This document shows, piece by piece, positions 1 to 11,207 of a stretch of 64,000 nt of DNA (position 1 is the first letter of the stretch; every line of letters begins with the position of its first letter). Location: NCBI GenBank assembly GCA_938004065.1, contig CALKWM010000017.1, positions 15,342-79,341 on the forward strand. Direction: 5' to 3'. This DNA is from an uncultured bacterium (GTDB lineage Bacteria; Patescibacteriota; JAHJAL01). The notes beneath the pieces are model-generated. The model saw only the letters and a program-made list of their open reading frames with translations, was not told the DNA's origin and made no database searches. The position numbers were made by a program, and so were the translations under genes.

Positions 1-144
1 TAATTTAAAAGGATCATCCAGATTGAATTTTGGATTCAAAAAATCATCCGGATTAAGTTTTTCGCCAAATCTTTTTTTTAACAATCTTTCCACCAGATTT
101 CCTTCAAATTCCAACTCTGGCAATTTCCAACTATATTTTTGCAT
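1..144 (-). CDS. recJ: Single-stranded DNA exonuclease RecJ, N-terminal fragment (runs off the window edge)
   Basis: Hand translation from ATG at 144: MQKYSWKLPELEFEGNLVERLLKKRFGEKLNPDDFLNPKFNLDDPFKL. FLNP...DPF matches the RecJ N-terminus. Confidence 0.65.
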   Translation of the reverse strand, partial: MQKYSWKLPELEFEGNLVERLLKKRFGEKLNPDDFLNPKFNLDDPFKL

Positions 145-258
145 AAAAATCAAAATATTTTAATCCTACCTATATTTTACACTACTGTAAATTTTTATTA
201 AAAAACATATTTCCAATATCTTGGAAATATGATATAAAATGAATAATTTTGACAATAA

Positions 259-1059
259 TTATTTGTAATACACTTTTCCCGGTACCCTTAAATCAATATA
301 ATCATTAACAAAAATATCATTTTTCAAAAATATACTAAGTTTTTCAACCTGAGTTTGAGGATCACGTAAAGCATCAAAATAGACACTAAATCCATCTTTC
401 ATTTTTACATGTAACTCAAATGTCGTCTCCACCACCTCAAATGCTTCAACTTCCTTTTTTATGGATGTTTCAATATCAAATTTTACTGTCTCCAAAAACA
501 ACACGAAATCCCGACCAACTACTCTATCTCCATCTTCAAAAAATAAACCCGACAAATCATCAACCACCGGTAAATCTACATACTTTGACAAACGTTCATC
601 TTCTTCGATCCGACCCAAGATGATACCGGCCGAATTGACCAAAAACAATTTTTCTCCACTATGCCACACAATTTTTGCAACTTCCGGCACCAACACAATT
701 TCAATTTTGTTAGGCCATACTTTATTTACATTGACTTGGGCCAACTCATCCCATTTGTTTTCCAGACTGGAAGCAAAAGCTTTGCTATCAAACAAAACCA
801 TATAATCAGTTTCCCAGTTCAACATCTCATGAATTGAGCTTTTCATTTCCTCACTACCACCATCAATTTGTACTTCTCGCAATCGAAAATAATCAGAAAA
901 AAACAACATATACACCGATCCCCCCAATATTAATACAAAGACTATCAACAAAACCCACAAACGCCAGCCACCGGTTTGTTTTGGTGTAGCTACATGCAAA
1001 ACCGCGTTATAATTTCTCCGCTGTCTGACCTTAAAATTGTCTTCTTTTAATCCCATCAA
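259..1059 (-). CDS. ftsQ: Cell division protein FtsQ/DivIB
   Basis: Single TM helix, POTRA-like segment (KVWPNKIEI), C-terminal YIDLR motif; follows murB in the dcw cluster. Confidence 0.85.
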   Translation of the reverse strand: MMGLKEDNFKVRQRRNYNAVLHVATPKQTGGWRLWVLLIVFVLILGGSVYMLFFSDYFRLREVQIDGGSEEMKSSIHEMLNWETDYMVLFDSKAFASSLENKWDELAQVNVNKVWPNKIEIVLVPEVAKIVWHSGEKLFLVNSAGIILGRIEEDERLSKYVDLPVVDDLSGLFFEDGDRVVGRDFVLFLETVKFDIETSIKKEVEAFEVVETTFELHVKMKDGFSVYFDALRDPQTQVEKLSIFLKNDIFVNDYIDLRVPGKVYYK

Positions 1060-1069
1060 TATTGTTTAA

Positions 1070-2014
1070 CTAAAAATCTCCAACTAAAATAACTTCATTT
1101 TTCATTTCTATTCCGGTTAAATCCAATACTTTATCTTTTATAAGCAAATATAAATCATAAATATCTTGGCTTGTTGCTTTACCCGTATTGACTATAAAAT
1201 TTGCATGCACAGGACTAACCATCGCTCCACCCACCGTTAAACCCTTTAATCCAAGTTTATCAATAATCAACCCGGCTGAAAATTTATCACCAATCTTCCT
1301 TTCTTTTAAAATATCAGTTCCAAATTCTTTATTTATTTTCGTATAATTTTCCTCATCCAATTCGATATTTTTAAAAAAACATCCACACGACCATTCTTTC
1401 GGTTGCGATTCTAATCGTTTTTTTGTATCATCTTTGATTGTCTGTAACAGGATTTCCGGAAGATCTTCACTCAATTCAAATTCAGCACCAACTATCATCC
1501 CTTTTCCATCCAAATCGTTTTTAAAAATTGATTCCCTATAACCAAACTGACAACTATTTTTATCGATATTTTGACAAACACCGGAAAAATCACACCAATT
1601 CACAGTTATCAAATGGTCGGAAATTGATTGCCGATATGCCTCAGCATTCCCTCGTATCGCACCACCAACAGTCCCGGGAATATTGCCCAAATGTTCAAAT
1701 CCGGCTAATCCAATTTTAGAAATTTTTCTTGACACTACCGGCAACATCTCCCCCGCCCCAATTTTCACCCTTTTTCCTTTTATTTCCAATTCTTTGATTG
1801 CATTTTTTATCACCACCCCTGCAAATCCTTTGTCCGAAATTAAAATATTGGAACAAGCACCCAAAACCAACTTTGGTAATTCCGTATAATTATCAATCTC
1901 TTGTTTCAAATGACCGAAATCTTGTATTGATGTAACTTCCACGAAATAATCAACATTACCACCAACTTTAAAAAAAGTGTTCGCGGCCAAATTGTAATTT
2001 TGTTTAATATTCAT
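1070..2014 (-). CDS. murB: UDP-N-acetylenolpyruvoylglucosamine reductase
   Basis: FKVGG, IPGTVGGA, FGYRES, GCFFKN and HANFIVN motifs. Confidence 0.95.
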   Translation of the reverse strand: MNIKQNYNLAANTFFKVGGNVDYFVEVTSIQDFGHLKQEIDNYTELPKLVLGACSNILISDKGFAGVVIKNAIKELEIKGKRVKIGAGEMLPVVSRKISKIGLAGFEHLGNIPGTVGGAIRGNAEAYRQSISDHLITVNWCDFSGVCQNIDKNSCQFGYRESIFKNDLDGKGMIVGAEFELSEDLPEILLQTIKDDTKKRLESQPKEWSCGCFFKNIELDEENYTKINKEFGTDILKERKIGDKFSAGLIIDKLGLKGLTVGGAMVSPVHANFIVNTGKATSQDIYDLYLLIKDKVLDLTGIEMKNEVILVGDF

Positions 2015-2017
2015 TCA

Positions 2018-3409
2018 TCATTTTAAAAAATTTTTTGCAATATTATCGACCGGACCGGCACCTTGAGTCAGAAGTACACTATTTTTAGCAATGTTTTTCT
2101 TGATATACTTCAAAGCATCTTTTTCTTGTGCGATATAATTTACATCCACTCCCCGTTTTTCAATCAATTCAGATAAAACTTTCGAATTATATTTTGTTTT
2201 ATCGGTATCACACACTCTGGCCTCGTAAACATCTAAAATTATCAATTTATCCACCCTGTCAAAAGCTTTAACGAAACCATCAAAAAACTGTTCTGTTCGA
2301 TTATACTGATGCGGCCAAAACATTGCCCACAATTTCCGATTGGGATAATAATCTTTTACTGCCTTGATCGAGTTCACTATCTCGGTCGGATGATGACCGT
2401 AATCATCAATCACCAATACACCTTTTTTTTCTCCCAAAATATCAAATCTCCTTTTAGAACCCATGATTGTGGATAATTTTTCAGCACAACTTTCCAAATC
2501 CAATACCAAAAAATCAGCAACAATTAGAGCAGCGGTAGCATTTAATACATTGAATTCTCCCGGCAGTTTGAGAGTAAAATCAATATCAATTTTTTCTCCA
2601 TCAATTATCAATTTCCATTTACTGTAACCATCTTTTTTATGATAATCAACAATCTGCCAATACACTCCATCAAAACTTTCCGGTCTGTCATTGAAACCAT
2701 ACCCAATTTTAATCTTATCCAACCGTAAAAACAACTCACTAACATTTGCGTCATCCAAACATCCAACCAACAAACCCTTTTCCGGCACTTTTTTACCAAA
2801 CACTTCAAAACTATCCATTATATCCGACAAATCTTTGTACGTATCCAAGTGTTCCTCTTCGATATTCAATATCACCTCAATTGTCGGTTCAAAATCCAAA
2901 AACGACCGGTTAAACTCACAACTTTCCGCAACTACGATATCTCCCTTTCCATAACGTGAATTACTGTCAAACGATTTCACCACCGCTCCCACCATCACCG
3001 TTGGATCTTCTCCCATCAAATAAAACAATTCAGCTATAATCGTTGAAGTTGTTGATTTGCCATGCATCCCGGCAATACAAATTCCTATCTGATCACGCAT
3101 TAAGAAACCTATTAACTGTGATCGCCTCCATACCGGCAAACCCAGCTTTTTCGCTTTGATAACCTCCGGATTGTCATCTCCCACCGCTGCTGTTACCACC
3201 ACCAATTCCACATCATTATTTAAGCAGGTAGTATCATGACCAACAAAAATTTCTGCACCATTTTTTTTCAATTCATGTAAATCTTCCGAATCTTTGATGT
3301 CTGAGCCCGACACCCGAACATCCATTTTCATCAAAATTTTTGCCAAACCACTCATCGAAATTCCCCCAATGCCAACCATGTGCACTTTTTTGTAAGGAAA
3401 TTTCTTCAT
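2018..3409 (-). CDS. murC: UDP-N-acetylmuramate--L-alanine ligase
   Basis: GIGGISMSGLA, GMHGKSTT, DDYGHHPTEI and PHQY motifs. Confidence 0.95.
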   Translation of the reverse strand: MKKFPYKKVHMVGIGGISMSGLAKILMKMDVRVSGSDIKDSEDLHELKKNGAEIFVGHDTTCLNNDVELVVVTAAVGDDNPEVIKAKKLGLPVWRRSQLIGFLMRDQIGICIAGMHGKSTTSTIIAELFYLMGEDPTVMVGAVVKSFDSNSRYGKGDIVVAESCEFNRSFLDFEPTIEVILNIEEEHLDTYKDLSDIMDSFEVFGKKVPEKGLLVGCLDDANVSELFLRLDKIKIGYGFNDRPESFDGVYWQIVDYHKKDGYSKWKLIIDGEKIDIDFTLKLPGEFNVLNATAALIVADFLVLDLESCAEKLSTIMGSKRRFDILGEKKGVLVIDDYGHHPTEIVNSIKAVKDYYPNRKLWAMFWPHQYNRTEQFFDGFVKAFDRVDKLIILDVYEARVCDTDKTKYNSKVLSELIEKRGVDVNYIAQEKDALKYIKKNIAKNSVLLTQGAGPVDNIAKNFLK

Positions 3410-4518
3410 CTTTTCTCCTCGATCATATTATTTATCAAATCAATAATAATTTGACTTACTCCCTCAGTCTGCATTGCCACCGATGCTGATGAACTCATCT
3501 CATGATATTTTTCCTCGTCCTCCAAAATCGATTGCAACAAAACTGCCAGATTGATCTGTTTAAACTCACGTTCTTCCACCATCACACTCGCTCCAATATC
3601 CTCATAACGTTTAGCGTTGAAATACTGATGATTTGAAGCCGAAATAGGCAATGGGATCAATATCGATGGTTTAGCCATACTGGAAATTTCTGCCAAAGTA
3701 GTCGCACTGGCCCGTGATACCACAATTTCCGAAATATACATCGCCTTATTAAAATTGTCAGTCAAAAAACTATACAATTTATAAACACCGGTTCCAATGA
3801 TATCTTTCGTCTTCTCCCGCACTCTGACAAAATCCGTCTCACCTGAAACATGTATCACATTTGCATAATCCAAAATTTTATCCAAATGATCCAATATATA
3901 CGAATTTACTGCCATTGCTCCCTGACTTCCACCGGTAACAAAAACTGTTGGTAAATCTTTATTTAAACCAAATGATTTAACTATTTCATCCTCGTTACCA
4001 CTTTTTTTCGTCCACACCCTTACCGGCAAACCGGTATAAATCATTTTTTCCGAATATCTGCTTCCATATGCTCCGACCGGAAAACTAACCGCAATCTTAT
4101 CCGCGATAGAAGCGGTCATCCGATTGGCCAGACCCATCACCAAATCCGATTCATGAGTCAATACCGGTATTTTTAACCACCACGCCGCGATTACTACCGG
4201 AAAAGAAACATTTCCCCCTTTGGCAAAAACCAAATCCGGTTTAAAATCTCTTAAAATTTGCCAAGACTGATAAATCCCCACCGGTACTTTAAAAATATCG
4301 ATAAAGTTTTGTATTGAAAAATACCGTCGCAATTTACCCGCACTTATACCTTGATAATTAATTCCCCTCTCCTCCACCCAAACTTGCTCTTTACCATTTT
4401 TCTCACCCACATATTGCACCTCAAAATCATTTTTCATATACTCCCACACATTCAATAATGGAAACACATGTCCACCACTTCCTCCACCGGCCAGCAAAAC
4501 TTTTTTCTTCTTTTTCAT
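3406..4518 (-). CDS. murG: Lipid II GlcNAc transferase MurG
   Basis: GGGSGGHVFP, KGGNVS, TGGSQGA and HQYFNA motifs. Start moved to the ATG at 4518. Confidence 0.95.
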   Translation of the reverse strand: MKKKKKVLLAGGGSGGHVFPLLNVWEYMKNDFEVQYVGEKNGKEQVWVEERGINYQGISAGKLRRYFSIQNFIDIFKVPVGIYQSWQILRDFKPDLVFAKGGNVSFPVVIAAWWLKIPVLTHESDLVMGLANRMTASIADKIAVSFPVGAYGSRYSEKMIYTGLPVRVWTKKSGNEDEIVKSFGLNKDLPTVFVTGGSQGAMAVNSYILDHLDKILDYANVIHVSGETDFVRVREKTKDIIGTGVYKLYSFLTDNFNKAMYISEIVVSRASATTLAEISSMAKPSILIPLPISASNHQYFNAKRYEDIGASVMVEEREFKQINLAVLLQSILEDEEKYHEMSSSASVAMQTEGVSQIIIDLINNMIEEKR

Positions 4519-4522
4519 ATTT

Positions 4523-5662
4523 TTACTTATCGATAGTTGCATATTTGGAAATATTGTACAAAACACCCATAGCTACCATTGAAATTATCAATGACGATCC
4601 ACCATAACTGACAAAAGGCAACGGTAGACCGGTCAACGGAACCAATGCCAGCATTGCAGCCATATTTACAAACGCCTGAAATCCCAACCAACCCACAATC
4701 CCAACCGCTAGCAACTTGGAAAACATATCCGGCGCATTATTGGCAATTTTAAATCCACGCAATAACAACAAAACATACAATAGAAAAAATAATACTATTC
4801 TGATAAATCCCAGCTCTTCCGACATTACGGCAAATATGGAATCACCAACCACTTCCGGTAAATAGCTGAATTTCTGCAAAGAACGACCAAAACCCCTACC
4901 AATCCAACCACCGGAACCAATAGCAACAAGCGCTTGTTGCACATGATAACCGATTCCCAACATGTTTTCTTCCGGATTTAAAAATGCTGTCAACCTTGCT
5001 TTTCGATAAGGCGAAGAAACTATCAATAAAATAATTGCTCCCACCGCTCCCACCAATGTCAATAAAATATGTTTAATATTGGCACCCGAGACAAAAAACA
5101 ACACACTTGAACTAAAGGCAATAACCAACATCGTTCCCAAATCTGGCTGCATCATAATCAATCCGACAATCAAAACCATCAAAGCAATAAATGGCAAGTA
5201 ACCGGTTGAAAAATCTTTTATCTTCTGCCCTTTTTTTGTTAACCATGCTGCCAAATAAAACAAAAAAGTAATTTTCACCACTTCTGATGGCTGAAAGAAT
5301 ATAGGAAACGCAATCCACCGACGAGCCCCTCCATGTTCAAATCCGATTCCCGGCACAAACACCAAAATCAATAACACCAAAGTTACAAGCAACATCAACA
5401 GAGCATGCTTTTGCCAAAATTTATAATGAATCTTTGATACGATAAAAAACGCCACCATGCCTATCACTACCGATATCAATTGATCAGTAAAAAATTGATG
5501 ACTATCTCCATAAGTATCATAACTAACCACTACCGAAGCTGAAGAAACAACAATCAAACCAAAAACCACCAACGCAAACAACAAAAGTCCTAACATATAG
5601 TCCGGCTTGCGGCGCTGGTCACCTGTCAACCATTCCCATTTATTGATGGTCTTTTTACGCAT
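4523..5662 (-). CDS. ftsW: SEDS peptidoglycan polymerase FtsW
   Basis: GARRW, QPSE, QPDLG, EELGF and SYGGSS motifs; multi-TM; lies between mraY and murG. Confidence 0.93.
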   Translation of the reverse strand: MRKKTINKWEWLTGDQRRKPDYMLGLLLFALVVFGLIVVSSASVVVSYDTYGDSHQFFTDQLISVVIGMVAFFIVSKIHYKFWQKHALLMLLVTLVLLILVFVPGIGFEHGGARRWIAFPIFFQPSEVVKITFLFYLAAWLTKKGQKIKDFSTGYLPFIALMVLIVGLIMMQPDLGTMLVIAFSSSVLFFVSGANIKHILLTLVGAVGAIILLIVSSPYRKARLTAFLNPEENMLGIGYHVQQALVAIGSGGWIGRGFGRSLQKFSYLPEVVGDSIFAVMSEELGFIRIVLFFLLYVLLLLRGFKIANNAPDMFSKLLAVGIVGWLGFQAFVNMAAMLALVPLTGLPLPFVSYGGSSLIISMVAMGVLYNISKYATIDK

Positions 5663-5674
5663 TATAAATATATC

Positions 5675-6715
5675 TTAAAAACCAAATATTATATCAAAAT
5701 TACCACCCAATAAACCTAGCGCCACTCCCAATACGGCCATTACCGCCCCTATAACCCAAAATCTCATAACCACCTTATATTCCGGCCATCCAATATACTG
5801 AAATGTAATATGAATAGGCGTTGAAGGAAATAATTTCTTGCCATTTCTAAATCGTTTGGAAATTTGTTGCAATATCACTGACAAAGTCTCAACCACAAAA
5901 ACCAAACCGATTATCGGCAACAACAAAGCACTATTTGTAAGCATTGCGATCACACCCAATGTTGCTCCGAAAGCCAATGAACCGGTATCTCCCATCATAA
6001 ATCGAGCCGGGTTGATATTGAACCATAAAAAAGCCAACAAAGCCCCAAGCATTGTCGCACAAAATATGGCAATTCCTGTGTTTCCTTGAAAAAAAGCTAT
6101 ACCGGCAAAAGAACCAAAAGCCAAAGCTAGCAACCCGGCAGCCAATCCATCCAATCCATCAGTTATATTCACTGAGTTGGCACTGGAAATCATTACCATT
6201 ATAAAAAAAGGAATATACCACCAACCGATATCATAATCACCAACACCGGGAACATGTAAATCACTCCATCCCAATTTATAATAAAACCACCAGGCACCAA
6301 CCAAACTGATTAATACAATCCAAACCATCTTCATCTTGGCACTCAAACCCTTGGTATTTCCAATCCCTTTCCAATCCAGAAAATCATCTACCAAACCAAC
6401 CAATCCCATCATTACCATGACAAACAAAGGCAAATACGTCTGCTCTCGACTCAAATTAAACATTACCGTCATAATCAACACCACGACCCATACCAGTATT
6501 CCAGCCATAAATGGTATATTGCGTTTATGTTTTCCCGCATGAAGTTTTGTATACACAGGCGTTTTTTTCTTGTCTAGAGAACTTACCTGTTGTGGTTTTT
6601 TCCAGATCTTATATTTATACAATAAATATGTCATCACCGGTGTCAAACCCATCGCTAGTACAAACGACAACACTGCCATCACAAACATTCGTACCAATTC
6701 AATTTTGTAATCCAT
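5675..6715 (-). CDS. mraY: Phospho-N-acetylmuramoyl-pentapeptide transferase
   Basis: GLVDD, NITDGLDGLA and FMMGDTGS motifs. Confidence 0.95.
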   Translation of the reverse strand: MDYKIELVRMFVMAVLSFVLAMGLTPVMTYLLYKYKIWKKPQQVSSLDKKKTPVYTKLHAGKHKRNIPFMAGILVWVVVLIMTVMFNLSREQTYLPLFVMVMMGLVGLVDDFLDWKGIGNTKGLSAKMKMVWIVLISLVGAWWFYYKLGWSDLHVPGVGDYDIGWWYIPFFIMVMISSANSVNITDGLDGLAAGLLALAFGSFAGIAFFQGNTGIAIFCATMLGALLAFLWFNINPARFMMGDTGSLAFGATLGVIAMLTNSALLLPIIGLVFVVETLSVILQQISKRFRNGKKLFPSTPIHITFQYIGWPEYKVVMRFWVIGAVMAVLGVALGLLGGNFDIIFGF

Positions 6716-6736
6716 AATAAATAAATCAAAATAAAA

Positions 6737-8011
6737 TTATTTTTTTAACCACTCATCCGACTGCCTTACCAATATTTCTTTTGCCATTTTCGGATATTTC
6801 ATGATCTTTTTTACTACTTTTTCCAATCTGTTTTTACCTTGCGAACCTTTTACCAATACTACATCACCAGTTTTTAACAATCCATCAAGTTTCCCCAATA
6901 ATTCCGATGTATCTTTAAAAACAATTATCTTATCCGAATCAAATCCGGATTGCATCGCTCCCTCTTTTATTATATCGCCAAATTCTTCAACACATAACAA
7001 CAAATCGAAATATCTCCCGGCTCTTTTTCCAATCTCCAAATGTCCTTTCCTGGTTGCCTTACCCAATTCCCACATACTCCCCAATATCGCCACTTTCCTC
7101 TCTTTCAATGGAATTAACTTCAATGACTCGATCGCATTGATCACCGAATCTGGACTTGCATTATAAGAATCATCAAAAATAATCATCTGATTTTTCCCTT
7201 CAACAATCCTCATTCGTCCCGGCAGAGGTTCCCATTTTTGCAAACCACTAACAATATCCATTACATCCATACCTATCGTAAGCCCTACCGCTACCGCGGC
7301 CAAAGCTGACCTCACATATGAACATCCGACCATTTGCAAATTTACTGGCACAATACTACCATTATAAACCAATTTAAATGAGGTTCCCTTTAAATTTATT
7401 GCAACATTGGTAGCTACAATATCCGCCCCTTTCTTTAATCCATAACTAATAACCTTTGCTTTGGTATATTTTTTCATCGACAATACATTCTCATCATCAT
7501 AATTCAATACTGCCCGGCCTTCCTTGGGCAAAGACTCAATCAAAGACCTTTTCTCTATGACAGTTTTTTTAACATTGCCAAAAAATTCCATATGCGATTC
7601 ACCCACATTTGTTACCACTCCAATCGTCGGCTGGACCATATCACACAAATACTTGATATCTCCCTTTTTATCTGTTGCCAATTCCAACACCAAATATGCC
7701 GGATATTCTTTAATTCCGGCCACATACGCCCCGGAATTAAATACAAATTTTATCCAATTAATCACTCCTTGGGGCTTTTTCTTTCTAATGATTGATAATG
7801 GTACTCCCAATTCATTATTTAAATTTCCCTGATTTCTCATTACCGGATATTTTTCTGCTATAACAGCATAAATTGCTTCTTTCGTACTTGATTTACCAAC
7901 ACTACCCGTAACAGCTACCACCAATGGTCGAAATTTATGCAATACATAACAAGCTCGTTTTTTCAAAATCCAAGCTAAAAATTCAATCCACTTTTTTCTT
8001 ATTAAACTCAT
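6737..8011 (-). CDS. murF: UDP-MurNAc-tripeptide--D-Ala-D-Ala ligase
   Basis: TGSVGKSSTKE, NNELGVP, DSYNASP and VLVKGS motifs. Confidence 0.93.
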   Translation of the reverse strand: MSLIRKKWIEFLAWILKKRACYVLHKFRPLVVAVTGSVGKSSTKEAIYAVIAEKYPVMRNQGNLNNELGVPLSIIRKKKPQGVINWIKFVFNSGAYVAGIKEYPAYLVLELATDKKGDIKYLCDMVQPTIGVVTNVGESHMEFFGNVKKTVIEKRSLIESLPKEGRAVLNYDDENVLSMKKYTKAKVISYGLKKGADIVATNVAINLKGTSFKLVYNGSIVPVNLQMVGCSYVRSALAAVAVGLTIGMDVMDIVSGLQKWEPLPGRMRIVEGKNQMIIFDDSYNASPDSVINAIESLKLIPLKERKVAILGSMWELGKATRKGHLEIGKRAGRYFDLLLCVEEFGDIIKEGAMQSGFDSDKIIVFKDTSELLGKLDGLLKTGDVVLVKGSQGKNRLEKVVKKIMKYPKMAKEILVRQSDEWLKK

Positions 8012-8019
8012 CTTTACTC

Positions 8020-9729
8020 CTAAACACGATCTGGTGGAACCAGATAGTAATTCAATAAAAATTGTGCAATCTCACCAAACAAAGGCGCTGCACTACTTTC
8101 CGCCCATTCGGTTGTTTTCGGTATATCAATCTTTACCAACATCACAAACTTCGGATCAAATGCTGGTGCAAAACCGATAAAACCACCGATAGTTTTATTT
8201 GGGTCATAAACACCATTGACCGGTACCTGTGCCGTACCAGTTTTCCCAGCTACATAATATCCTTGCACACCCGCCTGCTTACCATGACCATTCTCCACTA
8301 CACTCACCATCATCGCTGCCACTGAATTGGCAGCCGTTGGGCTCAAAACACTCCTGACAACCTCAGGACTTACTTTTACCTCCTTACCATCTACGGTAGT
8401 AATCTTGTCCACCACATATGGCTTCATAAGATAACCACCATTAGCAATAGCGCCAACTGCAGAAACCATTTGAATCGGTGTAACAGCGATACCCTGCCCA
8501 AAAGTCATAGTTGCCAAATCAACTTCCGAAACCAAACTCTTATCCACTACCAGACCGGGTGACTCTCCACTTAGATCAATTCCCGTTTCATCACCAAAAC
8601 CATACTTATATAGATATTTATAAAAATCATCCAATCCAACTTTCTCCCCCACCCATACCATTCCAACGTTATCGGAATTTTCCAAAACTTGAGTCATAGT
8701 CTCACGACCATATGGTTTTCTTTCCGAATTAAATATCTCTCGATCCATCACTTTAATACTCGCCCCAAAAATTTCTGCGGTATCCGGAGTCACCAAACCC
8801 ATATCAATCGCCATCGACATTACCAATGGTTTAAAAATTGAGCCCGGCTCCCAAAAATGCGCTACAGCTGGATTGTTGAAATCTTCATAGTCCTCAACTT
8901 TGAAATATTCATTGGGATTGTAAGTTGGATAATTAGCCATGGCAATCACCTGACCGGTTTTTGGATCCATCACAATGACCGATCCTCCTTCTGCTTGGAA
9001 TCTCTCCACCGCATTTTTTAATTTCTCTTCAACAAAATACTGTACTGTTCGATCAATAGTTAGATTCAAATTTACCCCTTGTTGCACCTGACTTAAAACT
9101 TGTTCACTGTCAACCAGATCTCGACCGGTCAAATCATGATATGTTTGCACAAATCCCGAACTCCCCATCAACTCAGCATTAAAATACCCTTCTATCCCAT
9201 ACTGTCCAACACCTTCGGTATCTAAATAACCCAGTATCTGTGAAGCTACCTCATTTTCCGGATAATACCGCCAATCTTCAGGTATCAATAATACACCCTC
9301 AAGATCCAACTCCCTTACTTCTGTCACCTCTTCATCAGACAATTTATGTTTCAAAGGAGGCATATACAAAGCATTAGAACGCAAACCTTCTTTTAATTCC
9401 AATTCTTCTTCGCGACTTAAATGCAACACCACCGCCATTTTCCGAGCCACATAATCAGAATCTGTAACTTGATTGGGGATAATCTCCAGCGCCGGCAATG
9501 ATAAATTAATCGCCATCGGATAACCATTTACATCATAAACCTGTCCTCGCCGCGCTTTATTTTCTTTTTGCCATAACTGTTGATTGTTAGCCAAAGACAA
9601 ATAATAATCATGTTGCGTAATCTGTTTTGAATAGAGTTTAAACACCAAAGCCACAAATAGACCAACCACAAAAAACATTACCACGGTAATGCGAAAACTC
9701 TGATCGATATTTTTAGTATTATTATTCAA
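8020..9729 (-). CDS. ftsI: Class B penicillin-binding protein (septal transpeptidase)
   Basis: N-terminal TM; SIFK (SxxK), SDN (SxN) and KTG motifs; dcw position. Confidence 0.9.
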   Translation of the reverse strand: MNNNTKNIDQSFRITVVMFFVVGLFVALVFKLYSKQITQHDYYLSLANNQQLWQKENKARRGQVYDVNGYPMAINLSLPALEIIPNQVTDSDYVARKMAVVLHLSREEELELKEGLRSNALYMPPLKHKLSDEEVTEVRELDLEGVLLIPEDWRYYPENEVASQILGYLDTEGVGQYGIEGYFNAELMGSSGFVQTYHDLTGRDLVDSEQVLSQVQQGVNLNLTIDRTVQYFVEEKLKNAVERFQAEGGSVIVMDPKTGQVIAMANYPTYNPNEYFKVEDYEDFNNPAVAHFWEPGSIFKPLVMSMAIDMGLVTPDTAEIFGASIKVMDREIFNSERKPYGRETMTQVLENSDNVGMVWVGEKVGLDDFYKYLYKYGFGDETGIDLSGESPGLVVDKSLVSEVDLATMTFGQGIAVTPIQMVSAVGAIANGGYLMKPYVVDKITTVDGKEVKVSPEVVRSVLSPTAANSVAAMMVSVVENGHGKQAGVQGYYVAGKTGTAQVPVNGVYDPNKTIGGFIGFAPAFDPKFVMLVKIDIPKTTEWAESSAAPLFGEIAQFLLNYYLVPPDRV

Positions 9730-9844
9730 AATAAAAAAAGAAATTCAAATACTTTTTCTCTCGAAAAAAATGCATATTACATTTTTTCATAAAAAATAAA
9801 GTCTTCAATTTCTATTTTAACTTTTTTTAACTCAGATTGAAAAA

Positions 9845-10180
9845 CTATTTTTGCACCGCCAGATATTTTACACTGCTAACCGACTCCATCTCCATATTTT
9901 GTACCTTTCCTTTAATTTCACTCAACGCCTTTAAACGAGCAGCTTCTACTTGAAATTTTTCGTTTTCCTGCAATATTTCCAATTGATCATTTTTCAACTG
10001 AGCGATTTTATAACCTTGGGTAGTCATCTGGTTATTTTGCAACAAATACATCAAACTAAATAATGCCAATAAAACAATTGTTACAAACTGCAAAGACACC
10101 GGACCAAGAGCAAATCTATTGGCAGTTTGATTTCTTTTCATTCCACTATGCATTTCTTCTATTCTGACGTTTTGTATCAT
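9845..10180 (-). CDS. ftsL: FtsL-like cell division protein
   Basis: Small protein with one TM followed by a coiled coil, between rsmH and ftsI. Confidence 0.7.
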   Translation of the reverse strand: MIQNVRIEEMHSGMKRNQTANRFALGPVSLQFVTIVLLALFSLMYLLQNNQMTTQGYKIAQLKNDQLEILQENEKFQVEAARLKALSEIKGKVQNMEMESVSSVKYLAVQK

Positions 10181-10205
10181 TTTTTTTCACTCCTAAAATT
10201 AAATC

Positions 10206-11153
10206 TCAGTTTTTTGAAACCACGCGCATTTTCGCACTGTGACTTCGAATATTATTTACTAATTCCTTTTTTCCGGGCGTAATTGGTCTTTTTGTTATCA
10301 CCTTCAATATCTGTCTATGACCACAACGACATTGCGGAAATTCTTTCGGACAAATACAACATCTAGCCATATCCCTGAAAAAAGATTTCACAATCCTATC
10401 TTCCCCGGAATGAAAACTGATAACTGCCAACTTTCCACCTTTATTCAATCTCTCAACCGCCACTCGCAGAACTTTTTTTAACTCATTGTATTCATCATTA
10501 ACCTCTATTCTGAGAGCTTGCCACACTCTTCCTAAAATATTCCTTTTTTTCTCCCTAAAACTTGAAAAACCTTCTACCAGATTTTTCAAATCTGACACAT
10601 ATATAAAGCTTTTTGCCCTCCTAAAGCTAGCAACCTTTTTAGCCAATGTCCTCGCCCTGGATATATCCCCAAAATCCTTAAAAATATTCTCCAAATCTTC
10701 TTGTGGATAACTATTTAGCACCTCTGCAGCCGATTTTTCCCCCGCTCCCATCCGCATATCCAGTTTTGATTCACTCAAATAAGAAAACCCACGATTATTA
10801 TCATCAATCTGCCAAGAAGATACTCCCAAATCCAGTAAAATTGCATCAAACATACTATATCCGTAATCATCCGCAATCTCACCTAACTTACTAAATCGCT
10901 CACAAACCACATCCACATTCTCGTAATCAACAAATTTCTTTTTTACTTTTTCCACCATCCCGCTATCACGATCAATTGCCAACAATCTACCTGTCTTGCC
11001 TATCTTGTTTAGAATCATTTCACTATGACCACCCGCACCCACCGTTAAATCAGCCACAACATCCCCAACCGATAAACTCAAATTAGCGATTACTTCTTCC
11101 GGTAACACCGGCACATGCAATTTATCAGATTCATTTATGAGTGTTTTTACCAT
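10206..11153 (-). CDS. rsmH: 16S rRNA m4C1402 methyltransferase RsmH (MraW)
   Basis: HVPVL, GAGGHS, DLGVSS, LDMRM, QALRIEVN and SFHSGEDR motifs. Confidence 0.96.
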   Translation of the reverse strand: MVKTLINESDKLHVPVLPEEVIANLSLSVGDVVADLTVGAGGHSEMILNKIGKTGRLLAIDRDSGMVEKVKKKFVDYENVDVVCERFSKLGEIADDYGYSMFDAILLDLGVSSWQIDDNNRGFSYLSESKLDMRMGAGEKSAAEVLNSYPQEDLENIFKDFGDISRARTLAKKVASFRRAKSFIYVSDLKNLVEGFSSFREKKRNILGRVWQALRIEVNDEYNELKKVLRVAVERLNKGGKLAVISFHSGEDRIVKSFFRDMARCCICPKEFPQCRCGHRQILKVITKRPITPGKKELVNNIRSHSAKMRVVSKN

Positions 11154-11207
11154 CACAACCAATGCATAAAAAAAATTTTTAAGTTAGATTTTTTTTTACT
11201 TGTGAAC